NCBI GenBank assembly: GCA_043798935.1
Contig: JAZDOC010000019.1
Coordinates: forward strand, 10,322-74,321
Direction of reading: 5' to 3'
Length of the DNA stretch: 64,000 nt
DNA from: Patescibacteria group bacterium
GTDB taxonomy: Bacteria > Patescibacteriota > Patescibacteriia > UBA9570 > JAHJKD01
The position numbers and the translations under genes were made by a program. The notes beneath the pieces were generated by a model that saw only the letters and a list, made by a program, of their open reading frames with translations, was not told the DNA's origin and made no database searches. How positions within the stretch are numbered: the stretch's first letter is position 1; the number at the start of each line of letters is the position of its first letter. Below are positions 32,467 through 45,252 of this stretch, in pieces.

Positions 32467-33486
32467 ATGAAAGCAGAATTATTAAAAATAAAACAAGAAA
32501 TTACCGATGCTATTAAAAATGTCAAAGATTCCGGTACTCTGGAAGAATTGAAAAATAAATATTTAAGCCGTAAAAATGGCAAGTTAACCATTTTACTTAA
32601 AGGGTTAAAAGATCTTACTTTGGATCAAAAAAAAGAAATTGGTCAATTTGCTAACACAGTAAAAAAAGATGTAAGTTTAATTATTGAAACTGCTAAACAA
32701 AATATTGAAAACCATAGCACTAACCAAAGTCAAGATTTTGATGTTTCATTACCCGGAAAAAAAATAAATACCGGTACCATTCACCCGCTTACTCAAATTC
32801 GTTTAGAAGTCGAAAAAGTTTTTAAATCTATGGGTTTTAAAGTTTATGAAGGTGAAGAATTAGTATCTGATTTTTATAACTTTGAAAGCTTAAACATTCC
32901 GTCGGATCATCCCGCCCGCGATATGCAAGATACTTTTTTCATTAAAGATCATCCTGATAAAGTAATGCGTACTCACACTTCGGCCATGCAAGTTAAAATT
33001 ATGGAAAACAACAAACCTCCTTTAAAAGTTATTGTTCCGGGTAGAGTATTTCGAAATGAAGCGACAGATGCATCGCACGAACACACATTCCACCAAGTTG
33101 AGGGTTTTGTAGTTGGTGAAAATATCTCCATTGCTAATTTGGTTTGGACACAAAAAAAATTATTATCAGCAATATTTGGTAAAGAAGTAAAAGTTCGTCT
33201 GCGCCCAGGATATTTTCCGTTCGTAGAACCTGGTTTTGAACTCGATTGCTCTTGTTTAATCTGTGGTGGTAATGGTTGTCCAGTGTGCAAACAAAGTGGT
33301 TGGGTAGAGCTTATTCCCTGTGGCATGATTCACCCGAAAGTTTTTGAATCGGCTGGATATCCTAAAGGTAAATATAGTGGTTTTGCATTTGGTATGGGCT
33401 GGAGCCGACTGGCCATGATGAAATACGGTATCGATGATATTCGCTTATTCATGAGCGGTGATTTAAAATTTTTAAAACAATTCTAA
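32467..33486 (+). CDS. pheS: Phenylalanine--tRNA ligase alpha subunit
   Basis: HPARDMQDTF, RTHTS, FHQVEG, YFPFVEPG. Confidence 0.97.
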   Translation: MKAELLKIKQEITDAIKNVKDSGTLEELKNKYLSRKNGKLTILLKGLKDLTLDQKKEIGQFANTVKKDVSLIIETAKQNIENHSTNQSQDFDVSLPGKKINTGTIHPLTQIRLEVEKVFKSMGFKVYEGEELVSDFYNFESLNIPSDHPARDMQDTFFIKDHPDKVMRTHTSAMQVKIMENNKPPLKVIVPGRVFRNEATDASHEHTFHQVEGFVVGENISIANLVWTQKKLLSAIFGKEVKVRLRPGYFPFVEPGFELDCSCLICGGNGCPVCKQSGWVELIPCGMIHPKVFESAGYPKGKYSGFAFGMGWSRLAMMKYGIDDIRLFMSGDLKFLKQF

Positions 33487-33487
33487 T

Positions 33488-35890
33488 ATGCTATTAAGCT
33501 TAAATTGGTTGAAAGAGTACGTCGATATAAAAGAAACTCCGGAAAGGGTAGCTGATCTTTTTACTATGCATTCAGCTGAAGTAGAAGCAGTAAAACCTCA
33601 GGCGCAATTACTAGAAAAAGTCGTGGTAGGACAAATTAAAAAGATTAAAAAGCATCCCAATGCCGATAAATTACAGATAGTTGACACTGCAATAGGCAAA
33701 GATAATATTGTTCAAATTGTTTGTGGTGGCACTAATTTAAAAGAAAACATGTTTGTGGCAGTTGCTAAAATTGGTGCTCAAGTAAAATGGCATGGTGAAG
33801 GGGATCTGGTAACTTTAGAAAAAGTTAAAATTCGAGGTGAAGAAAGTAATGGTATGATATGCCTCGATAGTGAAATAGGGCTCGGCAAAAATATTGGTAC
33901 AGAAATTATGGATCTTTCTATTTACACAGATCAAAAATTGAAAATTGGTCAATCTTTAGGCAACGCTTTAGATCTTAACGATTATATAATTGAAATTGAT
34001 AATAAATCCTTAACGCATCGATCAGATTTATTTTGTCACATCGGCATGGCTCGAGAATACGCCGCTATCACAAATCGTCAACTTAAATTACCAAAATTTT
34101 CTAAAATTAAATGCCTAAAAGAAAAGTATAAACTAAATATTGAGGTCGAAGATTATAATGATACAATCAGATACATGTCTATTGTGTTAGATGATATAAA
34201 AATTGCACCGGCACCGCTTTGGATGCAACGTCGTTTAGAAGCCGTCGGCATCAGATCCATAAATAATGTTGTCGATATTACCAATTTTTTGATGATGGAA
34301 TACGGACATCCCGTTCATGCTTTTGATTACCAAAAAATAAACGGTCAATTATTTAGAATCAGACGAGCTAAAAAAGGCGAGTTTATTACAACATTGGATG
34401 GAGAAAAAAGAAAACTAGATGAAAGCATTTTAATTATTGAAGATAGTAATAAAATTACAGATTTAGCCGGAATTATGGGCGGCCAAACTTCAGAAATTAA
34501 TGCTAATACTAAAACAATTGCTTTCGAAGTCGCTGATTTTAATAAAACACTCATTCGAAAAACCGCTAATAAATTAGGACTTAGAACCGAAGCGGTGGTT
34601 CGATATGAAAAGGGCTTGGGTTTAGATTTAAGCGATCTGGCTATGGCACGCGGCGTATCTTTATTTGAAGAATATGCCGGTGCTAAAGTTGCTTCCAAAC
34701 TATACGATAAAAAGAAAATAAATTTTAAGCCAAAAACAATTAATTTAAATATAGATTTAGTAAAGAAAAATATTGGCATTGAAATCAAGCGAGCTCAAAT
34801 TATTAGCATATTAAATAATTTGCAGCTTGCAGTGAAAGATAAAAAAACCTGTTTAGAAGTAACAATCCCGGTATTTAGAACCGATTTAAATATTCCGGAA
34901 GATTTAATTGAAGAAATTTCTCGAATTTATGGTTACGATAATATTCCGCTAATGCCTTTACAGGGATATTTGGAACCCACTAAACAATTACCAGATCTAG
35001 AATGGGGCGATTATTTATCTCAAAAATTAGCTAGCTGGGGTTTTAATGAAGTTATGAATTATTCTTTTTACGGCGATAGAGAAATTGAGAAATCACTATT
35101 TGACGAACAATGTCATGTCCAAATTGCTAATCCTTTAAGTGAAGAACAAAAATATTTACGCATTGCATTACTTCCTCATTTATTATCAAATATTTCCAAA
35201 AATTTAAAAAATAATTTCACTGGTCTTAAATTATTTGAAATTGGACATGTTTATTATCCTAATTCCGAATACAAAATATTAAACTGTGCTTTAACCGGCG
35301 ATAATCGAAATATTTATTTTACAGCTAAAGGAATAATGGAAGCATTGCTAAAAGAAACTAATATCAAGTATCATATTTACGATATCAATAAAAATCAGGA
35401 AAAGAAAAGATATTTGCACAATATGTTCGATACCAATACTAATGCTGCCGTCGTTATTAACGACAAAGTTATTGGCGTAATCAGCTCAATTAAAAAACAA
35501 GTTTTAGATAATTTCGGAATTAATAATTTTGTGGCTTGTTTTAGTTTCGATCTCATTGCTTTATCAAAGCAAGCGACAACTTCAAAAAAATACAAACCTC
35601 TTTGCAGATATCCTGAAGTTAATATCGATCTGTCGATTATTGTCGATAACAATATTAAATGGCAAGAAGCATACAATGAAATTATTGGATATAATGAATT
35701 GATTAAATCAGTCGAATTATTCGACGTTTACCAGGGTGATAAAATAGAACAAAATAAAAAAAGTTTTGCCATGCATATTGTTTTTCAAGATGAAAACAAG
35801 ACATTAGCCATGAAAGATATTGAAATGTATCGCGATAATATTATGAAATTGTTGAATACAAAATTTCATGCAATTTTAAGAGATAAATAA
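33488..35890 (+). CDS. pheT: Phenylalanine--tRNA ligase beta subunit
   Basis: HPNADKL, IVCGG.N, INNVVDITN, DLIEEISRIYGYD, FDVYQG. Confidence 0.96.
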   Translation: MLLSLNWLKEYVDIKETPERVADLFTMHSAEVEAVKPQAQLLEKVVVGQIKKIKKHPNADKLQIVDTAIGKDNIVQIVCGGTNLKENMFVAVAKIGAQVKWHGEGDLVTLEKVKIRGEESNGMICLDSEIGLGKNIGTEIMDLSIYTDQKLKIGQSLGNALDLNDYIIEIDNKSLTHRSDLFCHIGMAREYAAITNRQLKLPKFSKIKCLKEKYKLNIEVEDYNDTIRYMSIVLDDIKIAPAPLWMQRRLEAVGIRSINNVVDITNFLMMEYGHPVHAFDYQKINGQLFRIRRAKKGEFITTLDGEKRKLDESILIIEDSNKITDLAGIMGGQTSEINANTKTIAFEVADFNKTLIRKTANKLGLRTEAVVRYEKGLGLDLSDLAMARGVSLFEEYAGAKVASKLYDKKKINFKPKTINLNIDLVKKNIGIEIKRAQIISILNNLQLAVKDKKTCLEVTIPVFRTDLNIPEDLIEEISRIYGYDNIPLMPLQGYLEPTKQLPDLEWGDYLSQKLASWGFNEVMNYSFYGDREIEKSLFDEQCHVQIANPLSEEQKYLRIALLPHLLSNISKNLKNNFTGLKLFEIGHVYYPNSEYKILNCALTGDNRNIYFTAKGIMEALLKETNIKYHIYDINKNQEKKRYLHNMFDTNTNAAVVINDKVIGVISSIKKQVLDNFGINNFVACFSFDLIALSKQATTSKKYKPLCRYPEVNIDLSIIVDNNIKWQEAYNEIIGYNELIKSVELFDVYQGDKIEQNKKSFAMHIVFQDENKTLAMKDIEMYRDNIMKLLNTKFHAILRDK

Positions 35891-35911
35891 TAAATAAAAT
35901 ATATTATATAA

Positions 35912-37963
<2,052 letters not shown>

Positions 37964-39763
37964 TTAAGCTGCTTTTTTTTCTTGAGATTCTTGAATTTTG
38001 ATATCAGGCCGTTTATTTCTAGTGTCCATGGCCTGAGCTCTAATTATATCAACATTTTTAGAATAGGCAACTCCAGCTCTTCCGCTTGAATCTCGTGTTT
38101 CTCTGTGGAACGCCCTAATTCCAGATTCTGAATTAATTTCAAACATATTAACTCTAACTCCGTTAGATCTCAAATCTCTTGAAAATTGAGAAACAAGTCT
38201 AGATCTTGTAAATAAATCCGTGATTTTATCTTTGAATCTAGATAATATCGGAATTCTTTCTAAAAGTATTGCGACTTGTTCATCGATAGCTTGAATATTT
38301 ACACTTCCATTTCTAAGAACTCGCGCCATAATGCTTACATCTCCCATTTCATCGGCAATAGGTTTTTCTGATACAGGCATAGTGTGGCGACCTACCATTT
38401 CAACATTACCAGTATCAATTTGCATTTCAGTATAATGTTGATTTGCATCAAGCACAACTGCATCAGAAGCATTTTCACCGGCTAAACCTTGCAGTCGAGC
38501 TTCACCTCGTGCTAGTGCATCATTACGCCTATTTGAATACCAATTACTAAATTTTCCCATTAATTTAGAACCCACCGGCATTTGACCAATTCTATGCATA
38601 ATATATTTAGAAGCTCCTCTAAGTCCAGGAAAATAACTCATGCTATAAGACAAGGAAGGCTCTCTCTCATACATATATTGTAATGTTTGCGGTAGCCAAG
38701 AAACAATTGTTACTCGGTGTTCGGCACCGTGTTTTTTAATTAAACTTAATATTTCATCAAGCATTTCTGCATTAAAATCTTTAATGTCAATATTAATTTT
38801 AGTAGTTTTATTTTCAGTTTTGTCAAGCATGTCGAACATCTTCTCTAAAGTAATTAAGTGGCCGCCATCTTTTAATTCTATATTTTGAAGTTCATCAGCA
38901 TTAAGATCTGCAATCCTTTCACCGCGTCCGCCTAAGTGACCAAGCGTTACATTATGATGGATCATGGCGCGACCATCTTTGCTCTTTCTAATATCAAATT
39001 CCATTTCTGGAACATTCTCTTCAAGTGCTTGGCGGATATTTTCACCCGAAGCCTCGTCATGGCCGAATCCACGTTCTCGATGAGATAATATTGGTGATTT
39101 ATGTTGAGCATCTAATGTAATTATAGCTAAATCTACTTCGGCAGATATTATCGCATTTAATACAGCGCTTCCATTTTCTTTACCAAGATGCATTTTTAGA
39201 TTTGCTGCAATAAATTTATGCAAGTATTCGATGTGGCTTCCGAATTCAATTTCAGAATCAAAAAATTCATTTGTAGGCTTGCCAAGTTCTAACAGAATTT
39301 CTGGAATAGCCGCTTCAATATCTGCACGCACATCATCACCTAATCCTAGTTCATCACAATAAGCATCTAAATTTTCAGAATGATTAAGATATTCAAATTT
39401 ATCAAACAACATTTGTTGCGCACGTTCCTGCTCCAAAATAATTTCTCGTGCTTCCATTATGGAATCCTTCGCTGTTAATTCTAAGTCATCATTAACTGCT
39501 TGAGTTAAATCAACTAAGTGTTCATTGATATATTTATGCTCTGTTGCTGGTGCTTTTTCTCGATTAAGAGTAGCTCTAAATATTTTTTCATCGGCATGAC
39601 TTGTATATTGAGGAGACTGAGGCTCGTCAGTAGGTTCACTGCGACCTAATAGTTTATTTAATCCCGGAATCCGATCTAAAAAACTTCTAGTGTTGGATTG
39701 AGAGCTTGGTAATGAGTGGTCAGTTGAAGATTTTGGATTTTTATGTTCTAAATTTCCGAGCAT
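37964..39763 (-). CDS. Glycerophosphodiester phosphodiesterase (GDPD)-domain protein with long extensions
   Basis: ILSHRERG, EMEFDIRKSKDG...IHHN and INIDIK correspond to the GDPD HRG, ExD..TKDG..HD and NIEIK motifs. Confidence 0.65.
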   Translation of the reverse strand: MLGNLEHKNPKSSTDHSLPSSQSNTRSFLDRIPGLNKLLGRSEPTDEPQSPQYTSHADEKIFRATLNREKAPATEHKYINEHLVDLTQAVNDDLELTAKDSIMEAREIILEQERAQQMLFDKFEYLNHSENLDAYCDELGLGDDVRADIEAAIPEILLELGKPTNEFFDSEIEFGSHIEYLHKFIAANLKMHLGKENGSAVLNAIISAEVDLAIITLDAQHKSPILSHRERGFGHDEASGENIRQALEENVPEMEFDIRKSKDGRAMIHHNVTLGHLGGRGERIADLNADELQNIELKDGGHLITLEKMFDMLDKTENKTTKINIDIKDFNAEMLDEILSLIKKHGAEHRVTIVSWLPQTLQYMYEREPSLSYSMSYFPGLRGASKYIMHRIGQMPVGSKLMGKFSNWYSNRRNDALARGEARLQGLAGENASDAVVLDANQHYTEMQIDTGNVEMVGRHTMPVSEKPIADEMGDVSIMARVLRNGSVNIQAIDEQVAILLERIPILSRFKDKITDLFTRSRLVSQFSRDLRSNGVRVNMFEINSESGIRAFHRETRDSSGRAGVAYSKNVDIIRAQAMDTRNKRPDIKIQESQEKKAA

Positions 39764-39840
39764 AATAATTAAATTAATGATAATTAAAAATATTTTAAAG
39801 AACAGCTATATTGTAGCATAATATCTTTTATACTTCTATA

Positions 39841-39869
39841 TTGACAATAATTTTAATTAGCGTTATAAT
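39841..39869 (+). promoter_or_regulatory. Consensus sigma70 promoter for secE-nusG-rplK-rplA
   Basis: TTGACA, 17-nt spacer, TATAAT (perfect consensus). Confidence 0.85.
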
Positions 39870-39920
39870 CTAATCACAATAAATTTTAAGGGCCAGAGGG
39901 CCTTTTTAAGATTAAAAAAT

Positions 39921-40160
39921 ATGACAACATTAACAGAAAAATTCGTTAAGAAAAATAAAAATCCCAACAAAGAAAGGTTCAATTTACGGCGTTATTTAAA
40001 TAATTCTAAAGATGAACTTAAAAAAGTTGCTTGGCCTTCAAAAAAAGAAGCTTGGCGGCAAACATGGATTGTGATTGCCATGAGTTTAGGCGTGGCAGCA
40101 TTTCTAGGTGTTTGGGATTGGTTATTCAATTACATTTTAGAATGGTATTTAAAAATTTAA
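39921..40160 (+). CDS. secE: Preprotein translocase subunit SecE
   Basis: ELKKVAWPS motif plus one TM; upstream of nusG. Confidence 0.93.
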   Translation: MTTLTEKFVKKNKNPNKERFNLRRYLNNSKDELKKVAWPSKKEAWRQTWIVIAMSLGVAAFLGVWDWLFNYILEWYLKI

Positions 40161-40181
40161 TTTAATATAAAATAAAACTAT

Positions 40182-40727
40182 ATGCCAAAACAAACAGGCA
40201 AACAGGGCCGGCGATGGTATGTACTTCATACATATTCAGGGTACGAAGAAAATGTTGCCAATAATTTACGCCAGAGAATTGAGTCTATGGACATGGAAGA
40301 CAAAATTTTCAATGTATTAGTACCAACTGAAAAAAAGATTAAAATTAAAAACGGCAAAAGAAAAATAATTACTGAAAAAATATTTCCTGGATACGTTCTA
40401 GTGGAAATGATTGTAACAGATGACTCTTGGTATGTTGTGCGTAACACTCCAAATGTAACCGGTTTCGTTGGCTCTGGTACAACACCAACTCCTATTTCCG
40501 AAGAAGAAGTTAAAGAGCTACAACGTCGTATGGGTATTGAAGAACCAACTATGAAAGTAGACTTCATGAAAGGCGATCCAATTCGCATTGTAGACGGTCC
40601 ATTTAAAGACATGGAAGGTAAAGTAGAGGACATTGATAATGAAAGAGGCAAAGTAAAAGTAATGGTATCAATGTTTGGCCGAGAAACCCCGGTTGAACTA
40701 GATCCATTACAAATTAAAAAAGTATAA
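40182..40727 (+). CDS. nusG: Transcription factor NusG
   Basis: WYVLHTYSGYE, FPGYV, VRNTPNVTGFVG, MFGRETPVEL. Confidence 0.97.
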   Translation: MPKQTGKQGRRWYVLHTYSGYEENVANNLRQRIESMDMEDKIFNVLVPTEKKIKIKNGKRKIITEKIFPGYVLVEMIVTDDSWYVVRNTPNVTGFVGSGTTPTPISEEEVKELQRRMGIEEPTMKVDFMKGDPIRIVDGPFKDMEGKVEDIDNERGKVKVMVSMFGRETPVELDPLQIKKV

Positions 40728-40770
40728 TAATTAAACAAACCCGTATTTTATTACGGGGAACAATAAATAT

Positions 40771-41196
40771 ATGGCAAAGAAATTAAAAGCATTAGTAAAA
40801 TTACAAATACCAGCTGGCGCTGCTAATCCTGCACCTCCAGTCGGTCCGGCTTTAGGCCAACACGGTGTTGCGATCCAGGATTTCTGCACAAAATTTAACA
40901 ACAAAACCAAAGATCAAAAAGGCGATATTCTACCAGTGGTTATTACAATTTACGAGGATCGATCTTTCGATTTTATTGTAAAAACTCCACCCGCAGCTGA
41001 GCTTCTTAAAAAAGCCGCTAAAATTCAAAAAGGTTCAGGCAAGCCACTAACTCAAAAAATTGCTAAAGTCACTAAAGCGCAGATTAAAGAAATTGCCGAA
41101 ACAAAAATGCCTGATCTTAACGCCAAGAATTTAGAAGGCGCCATGAATACGATTGCCGGCACAGCACGTCAGATGGGCATCGAAGTTGTTGAATAA
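40771..41196 (+). CDS. rplK: 50S ribosomal protein L11
   Basis: [21 protein letters not shown]. Confidence 0.98.
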   Translation: MAKKLKALVKLQIPAGAANPAPPVGPALGQHGVAIQDFCTKFNNKTKDQKGDILPVVITIYEDRSFDFIVKTPPAAELLKKAAKIQKGSGKPLTQKIAKVTKAQIKEIAETKMPDLNAKNLEGAMNTIAGTARQMGIEVVE

Positions 41197-41207
41197 TTAT
41201 TTATTAA

Positions 41208-41243
41208 GTGGAAGGGTTAGTGTCTCTAATCCGTAAATACCAC
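41208..41243 (+). promoter_or_regulatory. Ribosomal protein L1 autoregulatory mRNA site
   Basis: gtggaagg...ccgtaaataccac between rplK and rplA resembles the GUGGGAG..CCG...ACCAC L1-binding element. Confidence 0.65.
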
Positions 41244-41259
41244 AAAAAATATATTTTTT

Positions 41260-41943
41260 ATGAAAAAAAGAAGTAAACGCTATTTAACAGCGTTAGCAAA
41301 AGTTGAAAAAAACAAAGCCTATTCTGTAAGCGAAGCAATTGAAATTATTCAATCGAATCCTACAAAATTTGATCCCGCAGTAGAAGTACACATGAATTTA
41401 GGAATCGATCCTAAAAAAAGTGATCAATTAATCAGAGCAGTTGTAAGTTTGCCTCATGGTACAGGTAAAACAAAAAGAGTTATTGCTTTTGTTAGCCCTG
41501 ATCAAGAAGCCGAAGCTAAAGAAGCTGGTGCTGATCTAATTGGTAATGATGAAATGATTCAAAAGATTAAAACTACCGGAAAAATAGAATTTGATGTAGC
41601 TGTTGCTACACCCATGATGATGAAAAAAATTGGCCCCATTGCAAAAACATTAGGTCAAAAAGGTTTAATGCCTAACCCTAAAGCTGAGACAGTTGGTCCG
41701 GATGTGAAAAAAATGATTACAGCTGTAAAATTAGGAAAAATTGCTTATAAAAATGATGAATCAGCTAATGTTCATGCCATGGTTGGAAAGGTTAGCTTTG
41801 AAAAAGAGAAATTAGTAGTAAATATCCAAACATTTATTGATAGTGTTCGCAAATCAAAACCAGCTGCTTCAAAAGGAACATACATAAAGAATGCCGTAAT
41901 TTGCACAACCATGGGTCCAAGTGTTAAGCTAAACTTAGTTTAA
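41260..41943 (+). CDS. rplA: 50S ribosomal protein L1
   Basis: LPHGTGK, GLMPNPK, TTMGPSV. Confidence 0.97.
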   Translation: MKKRSKRYLTALAKVEKNKAYSVSEAIEIIQSNPTKFDPAVEVHMNLGIDPKKSDQLIRAVVSLPHGTGKTKRVIAFVSPDQEAEAKEAGADLIGNDEMIQKIKTTGKIEFDVAVATPMMMKKIGPIAKTLGQKGLMPNPKAETVGPDVKKMITAVKLGKIAYKNDESANVHAMVGKVSFEKEKLVVNIQTFIDSVRKSKPAASKGTYIKNAVICTTMGPSVKLNLV

Positions 41944-41961
41944 TATTTAATTTTAAAATAT

Positions 41962-42480
41962 ATGGATACTATCCGACCCTCATGGGACGATTATTTTATG
42001 AGTATAGCCCGCATAGTTTCTACCAGAGCAACTTGTGATCGCTTACATGCTGGTGCTGTGCTGGTAAAGAATAAAAGGATAGTTTCAACCGGATATAATG
42101 GATCGCCACCAAATTTAGCTCATTGCAACGATACTGGGCATCTTTTAGAAGAAGGGCACTGTGTTCGGACGATTCATGCCGAACATAACGCACTTTTACA
42201 AGCCGCGGTTATTGGCGGTACTTCAACTAAAGACACCACGCTATATTCTTTATATAGTCCATGTATTCATTGCGCAAAATACATTGTAGCCGCCGGAGTA
42301 ACCAGAGTAGTAGTTGGCCAAATATATCGTAATGAGCAGGTTAAAGAGTATTTAGAAAGTGCGGGCTTACAATACGATGTTTATCAACCAAATGAAAATT
42401 GGGATAAATTTGCTTCCAATTTATTCTTAAATGAAATTGAAAAAAAGGACGCAGCTAAAATACAATTAACTGAAAAATAA
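41962..42480 (+). CDS. dCMP deaminase (ComEB family)
   Basis: RPSWDDYFM, TGYNG, TIHAEHNA, PCIHC. Confidence 0.92.
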   Translation: MDTIRPSWDDYFMSIARIVSTRATCDRLHAGAVLVKNKRIVSTGYNGSPPNLAHCNDTGHLLEEGHCVRTIHAEHNALLQAAVIGGTSTKDTTLYSLYSPCIHCAKYIVAAGVTRVVVGQIYRNEQVKEYLESAGLQYDVYQPNENWDKFASNLFLNEIEKKDAAKIQLTEK

Positions 42481-43056
42481 ATGCCCCTGATTATTGGTTT
42501 AACAGGTGAAAAGCTATCAGGCAAAGGTGCGGCCAGTGACTATTTGTCATTAAAATATAGAGCTAAACATTATAGATTTTCACTTATTTTAGACGACATT
42601 GCATCACGATTATATTTACCAAAAACTCGTGATAATTTAATTGATATTGCTTTAGCATTAAGAAGTAAATTTGGTAATGAAATACTAGCTCATGTATTAA
42701 AAAAAGATATCGAGAATGAAAAGCCGGATATCTGCATTGTCGACGGCATGCGTTATTTCGAGGAATATAATATTCTGAGCACATTAAGTAACTTTTATTT
42801 AATTTCTATTACTGCACCGCTTGAAGTCCGTTATCAACGAGCACTCGAAAGACAAGAAAAAGTCGACGAAATAAACATGAGTCTTGATGATTTTAAAAAA
42901 CAAGAAATGGCTGCTACGGAAATAGCGATTACTGAGCTAAATAAAAAGGCTGATTTCCAAATCAATAATACCGGCGATGTTTCAGAGTTGCATACCAAAA
43001 TCGATGAGATTATGAACGATTTAAACACTAAAATAAAAATAAATGCCGGAAACTAA
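42481..43056 (+). CDS. P-loop nucleotide-monophosphate-kinase-like protein
   Basis: IIGLTGEKLSGKG Walker A, IVDGMR, TAPLEVRYQR lid, ADFQINN. Confidence 0.75.
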   Translation: MPLIIGLTGEKLSGKGAASDYLSLKYRAKHYRFSLILDDIASRLYLPKTRDNLIDIALALRSKFGNEILAHVLKKDIENEKPDICIVDGMRYFEEYNILSTLSNFYLISITAPLEVRYQRALERQEKVDEINMSLDDFKKQEMAATEIAITELNKKADFQINNTGDVSELHTKIDEIMNDLNTKIKINAGN

Positions 43057-43756
43057 TATAAATGTCACTTTACTTACTCATACTAAAGATGTCGAGCAAA
43101 CCATTGTCGCCGCGATTCGGCAGTGTTACAGCCCTAAGGGAGGCGCCGAGCTTAAAGAAACTACCAAACCTGAAGTGACGACCAGATTAATCAAACAAAT
43201 TATAGCTTCGGGCCATACATCTACAATCGAACATGCATCATTTACTTTTGCGGTCCAAGGTGTTTCGCGCGCTTTAACTCATCAACTAGTACGCCATCGT
43301 GTAGCATCATATTCACAGCAATCTCAACGCTATGTTGAAGAAAAAAATGAATTAGCTTTTATTGTTCCGCCAAAAATTAAAAAAAATCAATTAGCTCAGC
43401 AAATTTACATTGATCAGGTTAAGCTAATTCATGAAAATTATAAAAAATTAATTGCTATGGGTATTAATAAAGAAGATGCCCGATATTTATTGCCCAATGC
43501 CGCCGAAACTAAAATCATTATCACTATGAACGCGCGCGAATTGTTACATTTTTTTGAAAAACGTTTATGCACTCGAGCTCAATGGGAAATTAGAATTTTG
43601 GCAGGTAAAATGCTCTTTTTGGTAAGAGAAGTGTCACCACTAATCTTTTCGCATGCCGGTCCTACTTGTGAAACCGAAAAAATATGCTGGGAAGGGGATC
43701 TGTCTTGCGGTAAATGGAAAAATATTCAAGGCGGAGAATTAAAATCTCGAATTTAA
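43043..43756 (+). CDS. thyX: Flavin-dependent thymidylate synthase
   Basis: GHTS.IEH, HQLVRHRVASYSQQSQRYV, EDARYLLP, AQWEIR. Confidence 0.96.
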   Translation: MPETNINVTLLTHTKDVEQTIVAAIRQCYSPKGGAELKETTKPEVTTRLIKQIIASGHTSTIEHASFTFAVQGVSRALTHQLVRHRVASYSQQSQRYVEEKNELAFIVPPKIKKNQLAQQIYIDQVKLIHENYKKLIAMGINKEDARYLLPNAAETKIIITMNARELLHFFEKRLCTRAQWEIRILAGKMLFLVREVSPLIFSHAGPTCETEKICWEGDLSCGKWKNIQGGELKSRI

Positions 43757-44626
43757 ATGAATTGGTTATATTTAGGCTGTATTTCGTTAGTAGCTTTTTC
43801 CACGATTAATATTTTTGATCGTAAATTTTTAGGTGAATTTAAAATACACCCCATGGTTTTTCCGGCAATTGCAACTACGCTCGGAACTTTTTTTACATTT
43901 ATTTTAACACTAATTATTATTGGTTGGCCTCAAGAAATTCCGATGAACGTAATCTATTACGGTATAATAATTGGTATATTTAATTTCACTAGTTCATCTT
44001 TTTTTTATTGGTCCTTATCACAAGCTTCCTTAGCAAAAGTTATCGCGCTAGATAGAATTAAACTTATTATTTCGTTAATCATTGCAGTTTTATTTTTTCA
44101 AGAAAAATTCATCTGGTTATGGATTCCTGGAGCGGTCCTGATTCTATTCGGCAATTATTTATTAATAAAAAAAAGTAATAGCATATCAACAAAACTGGAA
44201 TTAGGCGCTTTGCTAATGTTAATTTCTGGTTTTATTGGTGGTTTTCAAATTATTCCGGAAAAAATTGGTGTGACAATCGGCCTGCCTATTCTGGTAGCCT
44301 TAGTCGCCAGCGTCACTAGATCAATTCTTTATATATTAACCGCCGTAATATTTCGTCGTCATCATTTTAAACATTTTTTTTCGCGTTTACGAGTAGTTAA
44401 ATGGTCGATGGCATTGTTATTTAGAAGTTTTTGCAGTGCATCTGGCTGGGTTGCATTCTATTATGCATTAAATTTAGCTTTAATTAGTAAAATAACCCCG
44501 CTTTTACAACTCCGACCAGTATTAACAATATTTTTTGCCTGGTTTTTTCTAAAAGAGAAGGCGACAAATAAACGATTATTTGCTACAATAGTTATTACAA
44601 TTGGCGCATTATTAATTATATTATGA
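43757..44626 (+). CDS. EamA/DMT-family transporter
   Basis: About 10 TM in two repeats; FFQEK and FLKEK ends. Confidence 0.8.
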   Translation: MNWLYLGCISLVAFSTINIFDRKFLGEFKIHPMVFPAIATTLGTFFTFILTLIIIGWPQEIPMNVIYYGIIIGIFNFTSSSFFYWSLSQASLAKVIALDRIKLIISLIIAVLFFQEKFIWLWIPGAVLILFGNYLLIKKSNSISTKLELGALLMLISGFIGGFQIIPEKIGVTIGLPILVALVASVTRSILYILTAVIFRRHHFKHFFSRLRVVKWSMALLFRSFCSASGWVAFYYALNLALISKITPLLQLRPVLTIFFAWFFLKEKATNKRLFATIVITIGALLIIL

Positions 44627-45252
44627 TCGGTAAATTTATAGTTTTTGAAGGAGGCGAGGGAAGTGGAAAAACATTCCAAATTGCACTGCTTCAAAAAAAA
44701 TTAAAAAAATTAGGGAAAAAAGTTATAGTTACTCATGAACCTGGTGGCACTGCTCTGGCCGAACAGATTCGTCATGTTATTTTATTTCCGCAAAAAAAGA
44801 AACCCGAGGCTAAAACAGAACTTTTCTTATTTTTGGCGTCGCGACAGGAACACGTAGTTGAAAAATTAATACCCGCTTTAAAAAAAGGATATTATGTATT
44901 ATGTGATCGCTTTTCCGGTTCAACTCTAGCGTACCAAATCGGTGCACGCGGTTTAAAAGATGAAAAATTAATAATTGTCATGGATAAATTCGCTAAAAAT
45001 AATCTTAAAGAAGATTTAGTAATTTATTTAGATGTAGATCCAAAAATTGGTTTAGCTAGACGAAAAAAAGATACATTAGCAAATAATTTAACTAGTTTTG
45101 ATAAAGAAACTTTAACTTTTCATAATAAAGTTCGAAAATATTTTAATAAACTAGTTAAAAATAATAAAAACTGGGTAAAAATTAACGCTAATAAAACATT
45201 AAGTGAAAACGAAACCGAAATTTATGAAATTATTAGTAAAAAAATTAAATAG
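44623..45252 (+). CDS. tmk: Thymidylate kinase
   Basis: FIVFEGGEGSGKT, EPGGT, CDRFSGSTLAYQ. Confidence 0.95.
   Translation: MIGKFIVFEGGEGSGKTFQIALLQKKLKKLGKKVIVTHEPGGTALAEQIRHVILFPQKKKPEAKTELFLFLASRQEHVVEKLIPALKKGYYVLCDRFSGSTLAYQIGARGLKDEKLIIVMDKFAKNNLKEDLVIYLDVDPKIGLARRKKDTLANNLTSFDKETLTFHNKVRKYFNKLVKNNKNWVKINANKTLSENETEIYEIISKKIK

Noticed and set aside
39870-39920. tRNA-Trp or rpmG upstream of secE; small hairpin aagggcc-agag-ggccttt
   Set aside because: Too short for either gene. The hairpin is real but too small to assign a function from sequence alone.
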